A model generated the notes under the pieces. That model saw nothing but the letters and a program-made list of their open reading frames with translations. It was not told the DNA's origin and ran no database searches. This document shows, piece after piece, positions 56,963 to 64,000 of a stretch of DNA of 64,000 nt (positions within the stretch are counted from its first letter, which is position 1; each line of letters opens with the position of its first letter). Position numbers and translations under genes: made by a program. Where the stretch lies: contig OX597814.1 in the NCBI GenBank assembly GCA_951406725.2, positions 161,324,001 to 161,388,000 on the forward strand. Reading direction: 5' to 3'. The stretch is from Octopus vulgaris (Eukaryota).

Positions 56963-57186
56963 GGTGTGTGTATATATTTGTGTGTCTGTGTTTGTGCTCC
57001 CAACATTGCTTGACAACTGATGCTGGTGTGTTTACGTCCCCATAACTTAGCGGTTCGGCAAAAGAAGCCGATAGAATAAGTACTAGGCTTACAAAGAACA
57101 AGTCCTGGGATTGATTTGCTCGACTAAAGGTGGTGCTCCAGCATGGCCACAGTCAAATGACTGAAACAAGTAAAAGAGTAAAAGAG
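56768..57186 (+). mobile_element. tRNA-derived SINE (family A)
   Basis: Reverse complement of the copies at 25061 and 63400; B-box GGTTCAGTCCC. Confidence 0.88.
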
Positions 57187-57699
57187 ATATGTCAATTTAT
57201 TAAATTGATAAATTAACTAGGATGGGATAATTACAAAATCATATGTTTTGTTTCCTTATTTATCTCTATTCTGAAATGTTACCATTATTTAGACTTGTAG
57301 AATGTTTTCCTGATCTTAGAATGTTTAATTCTTTTGAACCAACTTGCTTGAGACTGTCTTTAGTTATGTTACAACAGTTTTAAACTGTTCATCTGCTTAA
57401 GATTGTTTCCTGTATTAGTGGGTATTTATCTTCTGATATTTATCATTAGTTTTATATTTTTTTTTCTCTAATCAACACCTGCAAAGTGGATCTAAGAAGC
57501 AGCCCAAACCACTTGTAGCTTTGTAAACATTTACCTTGACTATTGAAAGTTTTCTATGCAACAAACTATATTGATTTTTTATATATTACTATAGTAAAGT
57601 AAGTTGCATTAAATGGTCATCATCATTATAATTCTCCTTCTCCTCCTTCTTACCACCACCATCACCGCCACCTCTTCTACTATTATTGGAATTCGTGTT

Positions 57700-58220
57700 T
57701 TTCTCTGCTTGCTTGAGTTGAACAGATCTTCTCTGCTCATTTTCACCTATTATTCAATCTCTGAAGCCAGCATGCTGAGATCTGACCTTACCATTTCTTT
57801 TCATGTCTTCATAGACATGTACTCTCTTCATCCTGTGCTCATTGTCTCCTCACATCATTCTTTCATGTCAAAAGTCATCAACTATCTTAAAAGCTCATTC
57901 ACTCTCTCAGTTCTCATATGCTTCACCTTTTAAATAAATTAACATTCAGTAGACCGTTCTCACCTCATTTCTCATTAACCTCTGAAAAATTTCCCACATT
58001 TAATAGCTATGTCTCATTATCATGCAACATCATGCTTCATACAGTCCATTATTTGCACTAAAAGAGAAACCTTTTGTTGTCAGTAAAGACAACTGCTCCT
58101 TGATCTTGCACACCTATTTTACTTTAGAAACTTTGTTTTAACTAGAGCCACTTCCATCATTAAGTAGATTACCCAGGGAATGAAGTACTTATTAACTGAC
58201 TCTAATGAGAATTATCAATT
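57700..58220 (-). mobile_element. Highly degraded RTE-type LINE 3' fragment
   Basis: The minus strand gives remnants resembling RTE C-termini (..LGN..,..LTTKGFS..GLYEA.., KT.KEMVRSDL). Confidence 0.5.
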
Positions 58221-61200
58221 AAATATAAAAAATAAAATCCTCAGATATTATAAAAACAGCTACCGTTAGATTTCTATATTTCTGAGATGAAGTTTTGTAT
58301 TTGTAGTTAAAATGCATTATTCTATTATCAATGTCATCTTTTTATTTACATTATCTTTTGGTCAGTACATTCCCTGGACATCTTCAGATTTAAAGTCAAA
58401 AGCCAGTGGTCCTTTTTTAAATCACAAGTATCAACCTCCACTCAGTAGAATCAATAAAAGCATTGTAAATTGCTTTAAACAGCAGGCAAATCCAACAGCG
58501 TCAGTAAAGATTCTTATAAGCAAGAACTTTGCTATCTAATGGATATATTCCTGAGGCACAAATATCTAGCACATTATATAATGATTGCATTCATTACAAA
58601 CATGATTCAAAAGGAAAATTCTAATTCCTTGGTGTTACTTTGTTACTGGTTGGGAAGACACACAGAATCATCTGTGGTTAATAGCTAGCCAAGAAGTGAC
58701 TGGAATAAAAGTAATCATTTATTCCTCTCACTTCTTGATTTTATATCAATGTTTGTGGAAGAGTGAAAAAATAACTTGTTAGGATTTAATTTATAGAACA
58801 TTAGATAGTTGTGATCAAAGGGAAAATAACAACATTGTAACTCGAATATATATGTAGAACATATGGAACAAAACTGAATGTTACATTCTATATGGAATGT
58901 GATTTCACTTACAAAGTACCTTAGTAGACACAAAAACAAAAAAGTTATGGTGACAAAATATATCAAATTTATAGTTTGATCTATAGGTATATTTCACCCT
59001 TTAATGAAATTTTTGACTTATTTCTATCCATAGAGTATAAAATTGTTGAAAGTCTAATGTTTATTAGATATGTGCATTTAAAAAATGTGTATATAAAAAA
59101 GATAGAACTAGAAAATGATTTGACAGTACACCCATAAAAATACAGTTTAAATAAAGAAAAAAAAAACATCTCCAAATGACTAATATTATTATACAACATA
59201 TAGTGTAATATGTTGTTTTTATATATATTCAGAAATTTTTCAATGTACATTTTCCAACTCTGCAAAGAGTGCTGTCTTCATGAAGCCATTTAGCCATAAT
59301 AAGCACATGTGTGTTGTTCCAGAATCAGTTGATAGAAATAATTACTCTTATGCTTTTGTAGCATAGCAGAATTTATCAATTAGGAGTTGCTCATAAGAGG
59401 AAGCATATGGTGTGTTGTTAAATGCAATATCGGTATATGAATCGTCAGTATATGAAGGAAATGTATTTTGTTATAGATCTTGTAGTAAAAACGGTAAGGT
59501 TTTGTTTTTGCTATTATTAAATATTAGTGATTTTTTGATTCCTATTATTGACATTGAAAGTTGTTGCAACTGTTAATTAATGTTTCAAAATGCTGTCATG
59601 TAATGTTTAGCTATACAGAGTTTAGTGCAACAGTTCAAGTATGTTTCATCCACTTTGCTGTCTGGCTAATGTGGTGTGGCAAAAAATTCATTGGTAATTG
59701 CAATGGTGGTGGGCAAAGTGACTTGGCGAGTGAATGATAGTTTCAAAGCTTTAAAATGTTGTTAACCTTGGAGTTTAGGCAAGAAAAGAAAACTAATTTT
59801 ATAGTACTTTTGGTGTTTGCTGAACTTGATTAGTATGGACAATAAGTTTAGCATTGTGGTGAATTAATAATGTTCTGGAATGTTTTCAGTGTGTGTTTGT
59901 GGTTCCGGGACTGTGTTGTTTGCATTAGAGTACATTGTTAGATTTTGAATTCAAGTTCTTTTGCTTTGTTGCATATGTAATCAAGTGTCATAGTGCACAG
60001 TTTAATTATACCTACTTATTACAATGCAAAGAGCAATCCTTTGAATGGTTCTTTATTTGATGTGATTTGTAGCAAAGATGTGTACTCAAACAAAACTGAT
60101 AAGCTATCCTCATACTTTCTTTATCTGGGCTATTACTCTGTTACTGACTGACTGACTGAATAAATGTTTATGGGAGGTTTCATAAGTTTTGTAATAAGGT
60201 TATGTCCTTTGTATAGTGTGTGAATGACTTTGAAGTGCAGTGAGTGGCACCTAAAATCTTTATGTCTTCTGCGTGCAAATGAAAGATACATGTCACAAAG
60301 TATTCTCTATTGTAAGCTAGCGATGAGTTTAATTGGTATGACTGTTAATGTATATGATTTAGTTTTTATTTAGTATAACTGAAATTGGTGTACAAGTACA
60401 TATAGTATAAAAGGAAAAAATGTGATAAGGAAGTTGTAAGCATATTATATACACATTTTGAGTTGGGATGCCATGCATATAGAGAATATAAAGATTTTAA
60501 AAAATTAGACTTCAGGGAGATATTTTATTGAATACTAAACATGATCGCTAAGAGGTAGTTGACTAGGTATCTGTTTATCTTGCCTTTTAGAGATGTTCAA
60601 AATGTCTTGTAGCTTTGAGATTTTGATGATTACATTGTAGGCTAGGTACAAGAGACCAGATTTGGCTAGTTTGAACATATAACAGGTTGAATATTTGGGC
60701 TGGATATGGCTGGTTTAAAAGCTAAAGAGTTAACTGTGGTTATAATAGGATATTCCATTTTAACGCTATTTAATAATGCTGAAAATTTTAGAAGTGGTAT
60801 AATATTTATTTGAAGAGGTCAAAATGGTTATGTGAGGATTCTTTACTTTCAAGATGGGATGGAGTGTAGAAGAGTGTAATTAATTTGCAGAAGTTTTCAT
60901 CTGGTTTACCTAGTTTCTAAAGTTTCTCTACTTGAAAATGTTCATGGTTTTTGTTGAATACACTTTGTTATATGTGATCAAGTGTCATAGTGTGCAATTT
61001 GATTATACCAGCTTATTCTGATGCAAAGAGCACGTCTACAATGATTCTCATGACTTTTGAAGTGTTTTATTACTGTATGTATGTTTTTACTATATTTAGT
61101 TTTATTATTTCTCTTTATGTAAAAAGAAGGATGTTAATTTAAGTTTTACATGAAAGATGCATATACAACATTTTTATAATCCCACCCTTTTTATGTGGTT

Positions 61201-63399
61201 TTTGGTGACTGATTTTTATAGAAATTTTTATCTGATTGTTGGATGCAAATCAACTGTAGGTATTTTTTTGTGCTACTTATGGTTTTGTAGTGCAGAATAG
61301 ATATGAAGGATTTTTAACACTTTGTTAATTGTCTGTTATATTTTTCTTCACTGTTAAATATTTTTTCATGTGTCTGCTGTGTATGTGGTATTAGAACATA
61401 TTGTATAAGATCTTTTCCAGTTACTAATAGTTCTAGTGGTATGGTTGGAGTCTTGATGTGCATTTTGTTTCTTAGATATTTCTGTAGTTATTTTGTTGGG
61501 TAAGCACACTAGTACATAAGTTGGTGGCATGGGTTTTTTTTAAGGTCAGTGGAAGTAGTTTTGGCCTCTTTTTAAATCCAGTTCTTATGAAGCTTTTGTA
61601 TATTTTGCAAGAACTGTCAGTAGGGTAGTTGATTATATTATAAATGAGATTTCAATGATTCTTGTGCACAGGATATTGGATAACTAGATATAGCTTTTAA
61701 TCTCCTTGATGTCTTCTTTATTTCCAAACTTGATTTCTTCATTAATATTTCTAACATTTCATCACTATATTATTGTTATGTCCTAATTACATACACCATA
61801 TTATTATCTACAGACTTTGCACAACCTGATATATCAACTTGTTAGCCTGACCTTTTCTAACTATATCCTGATTATCTATAGCAGCAAATTACTTGTCTCA
61901 TACTCCACCCAAGCAGCCTAAAATATCATACACATCATTGTTATAATGCTCCACTGAATCTCTAAATTCAAAGACCATTAAACATATGTTGCAGTCATGT
62001 CTATAAAAGAGAATGCACACTCATCACTTCCAAATTGTAATTAAAAAAAGTTCTTTTTTCTGTTTTCCCTATTTTTGCCAATATGTCAACAAAACCCAGC
62101 TACCATATCCTGTCATACTAGTTACTCAATTTGTTTGCACTTCAATCTTCAATCTCTCTAATAAATCTATCAGTTACTCCTCCCTCTTTCTATCTCAGTA
62201 ATATTCCACATTCTCTGATTACAGACAAGCCATTGCTTTCAAACATCCTTCATATGATATCTTTCAAACATTTCAAAACGTGCTTAGAAAACAAAAAGTA
62301 ACTAACAGACCTCTAATGAAGCAGGTGTAGACATGGTTATGTGGTTACAAATTTTACTTCTCAACCTCATGCTTTCAGGTTCCATCTTAGTGTTTGGTAC
62401 CCTGGTCTTCTATTATAGCCTTGAGCTGACATGTATGTGAGTCAAATTTGGTTGACAGAAATTGCACTGAATCCTGTTTTGTGTGTATAAAAAAATGTGT
62501 CTATGTGTGTGTGTGTGAGTATTTGTTTTCTATCTCTTCAGATGAGACTTTATGAGCAACAAGCATATTTATGCCCCCTTTTATCTCATAACTTGGTAGT
62601 TGCATCAGTTTTGATGTATGAAGACAGTGGAATCGAAAAATATCATACTTGATAAACAAGTGTTGACAACAAGAAGAGCTTCTGGCTAAAAAATGATGAT
62701 GGTTGTGGCAGCAGTACTGCTACTGTTGCCATTGCAGCTGCTGCTATCATAGTTGTAAATTTGTACAACATGAAACAATTTTCTATCCTTGATGGCTTCT
62801 GATATAGCTTTGCAAAACAAGTTCACTGTCATCTTTTACACAAATGGTTTTTAGGAAGATGATTTCTTATATAAACTAATGATGAGCTTATGTTTAAAGC
62901 AGTTCTTTTTTTGCTGTTGCTGTGTTACATTTTTATATCAGTTGAGGTATTTCAGTAGCTATTAGAATTATGCTTGTATTGTTGTTTGAATTCTAAGATT
63001 CAAGAATATTAAAATAGCTGATACTTCCAAACCATTTCTCTATGATTTTTTTGTGTATCAACATACATGCATATTTAGCATAAATGGAATTAATAGAAAA
63101 TCTTTCTGTTGGGCTTATGGATAATTCTTTTAAGTGCTTTTATTGTTAAGCTTTACTGTCAATAATTTAGTATTAATCATACTTAGTGATGTAGTTATTG
63201 ATACTAGAAAGGGCTATCTTTATCTCTTTTTTTAGTTTTTGGATGAAAATTTCAACAAAAGTGACATAAGTCAATATTGTTTATATAAAAATTAACTAAA
63301 GTTTAGTACATTCTTTTAGACCTTGAAAAATATATTATTCATTGGCAGTAGACATTTTTAAAGTACAGTACTATGACAAACATGATGTTATTATAGTTT

Positions 63400-63834
63400 A
63401 CTCTCTCTCTTTACTCTCTCTTTTACTCTCTTTTACTTGTTTCAGTCATTTGACTGTGGCCATGCTGGAGCACCGCTTTTAGTTGAGCAAATCGACCCCA
63501 AGACTTATTCTTTGTAAGCCTAGTACTTATTCTATCGGTCTCTTTTGCCGAACCGCTAAGTTACAGGGACGTAAATACACCAGCATCGGTTGTCAAGTGA
63601 TATTCAGGGAACAAACACAGACACACAAATCTGCACACACACACATATATATATATATATATACATATATACGACGGGCTTCTTTCAGTTTCCGTCTACC
63701 AAATCCACTCACAAGGCTTTGGTCGGTCCGAGGCTATAGTAGAAGACACTTGCCCAAGGTGCTACGCAGTGGGACTGAACCCGGAACTATGTGGTTGGTA
63801 AGCATGCTACTTACCACACAGCCACTCCTGTACC
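63400..63834 (-). mobile_element. tRNA-derived SINE (family A, well preserved, CpG-retaining)
   Basis: Same head and tail as 25061-25514; (TACTCTCTTT)-like repeated tail. Confidence 0.9.
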
Positions 63835-64000
63835 TTAAATATATCTTGTATGTAAGAAAAGAGCAGATAAAAGTTTTATGTTAAATAGACACTACAACTG
63901 ATATGCAAACAATGCAACTATAAAAGTTAGAGTATGACTGATAATATTAATATGAGGATAGATAATTTAGAACATTAAGTGTGTTAGCTATTTTGATATT

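Overview
AT-rich, repeat-dense animal genomic DNA. The SINE/LINE repertoire and (TA)n/(CA)n expansions look cephalopod (Octopus-like); this is inferred, not proven. The window lies inside one large + strand gene. Seven exons splice in consistent phase (5821-5846, 9499-12965, 15256-15393, 18320-18520, 20635-21381, 31794-31920, 48807-~49053). They encode a low-complexity region with repeated RxxT[Q/L]PVT and S[VL]x[ED][RK] motifs typical of the N-terminal half of supervillin; neither the start codon nor the gelsolin/headpiece exons were identified here. Introns hold three mariner relics, a Chapaev-like transposase relic, Penelope-like retroelements (PLEs), a CR1/L2-type LINE fragment, RTE fragments, a Helentron-type element and many tRNA-derived SINEs. 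Main findings: (1) a candidate 24-nt frame-preserving microexon (43862-43885) with neural splicing signatures that would split a RFNTQ|PVT motif; (2) a PLE family whose 3' region combines a tRNA-like Pol III head with a minimal hammerhead ribozyme; (3) several fold-back structures that would form long intronic dsRNA; (4) a 3.5-kb exon built largely from a 16-aa repeat.
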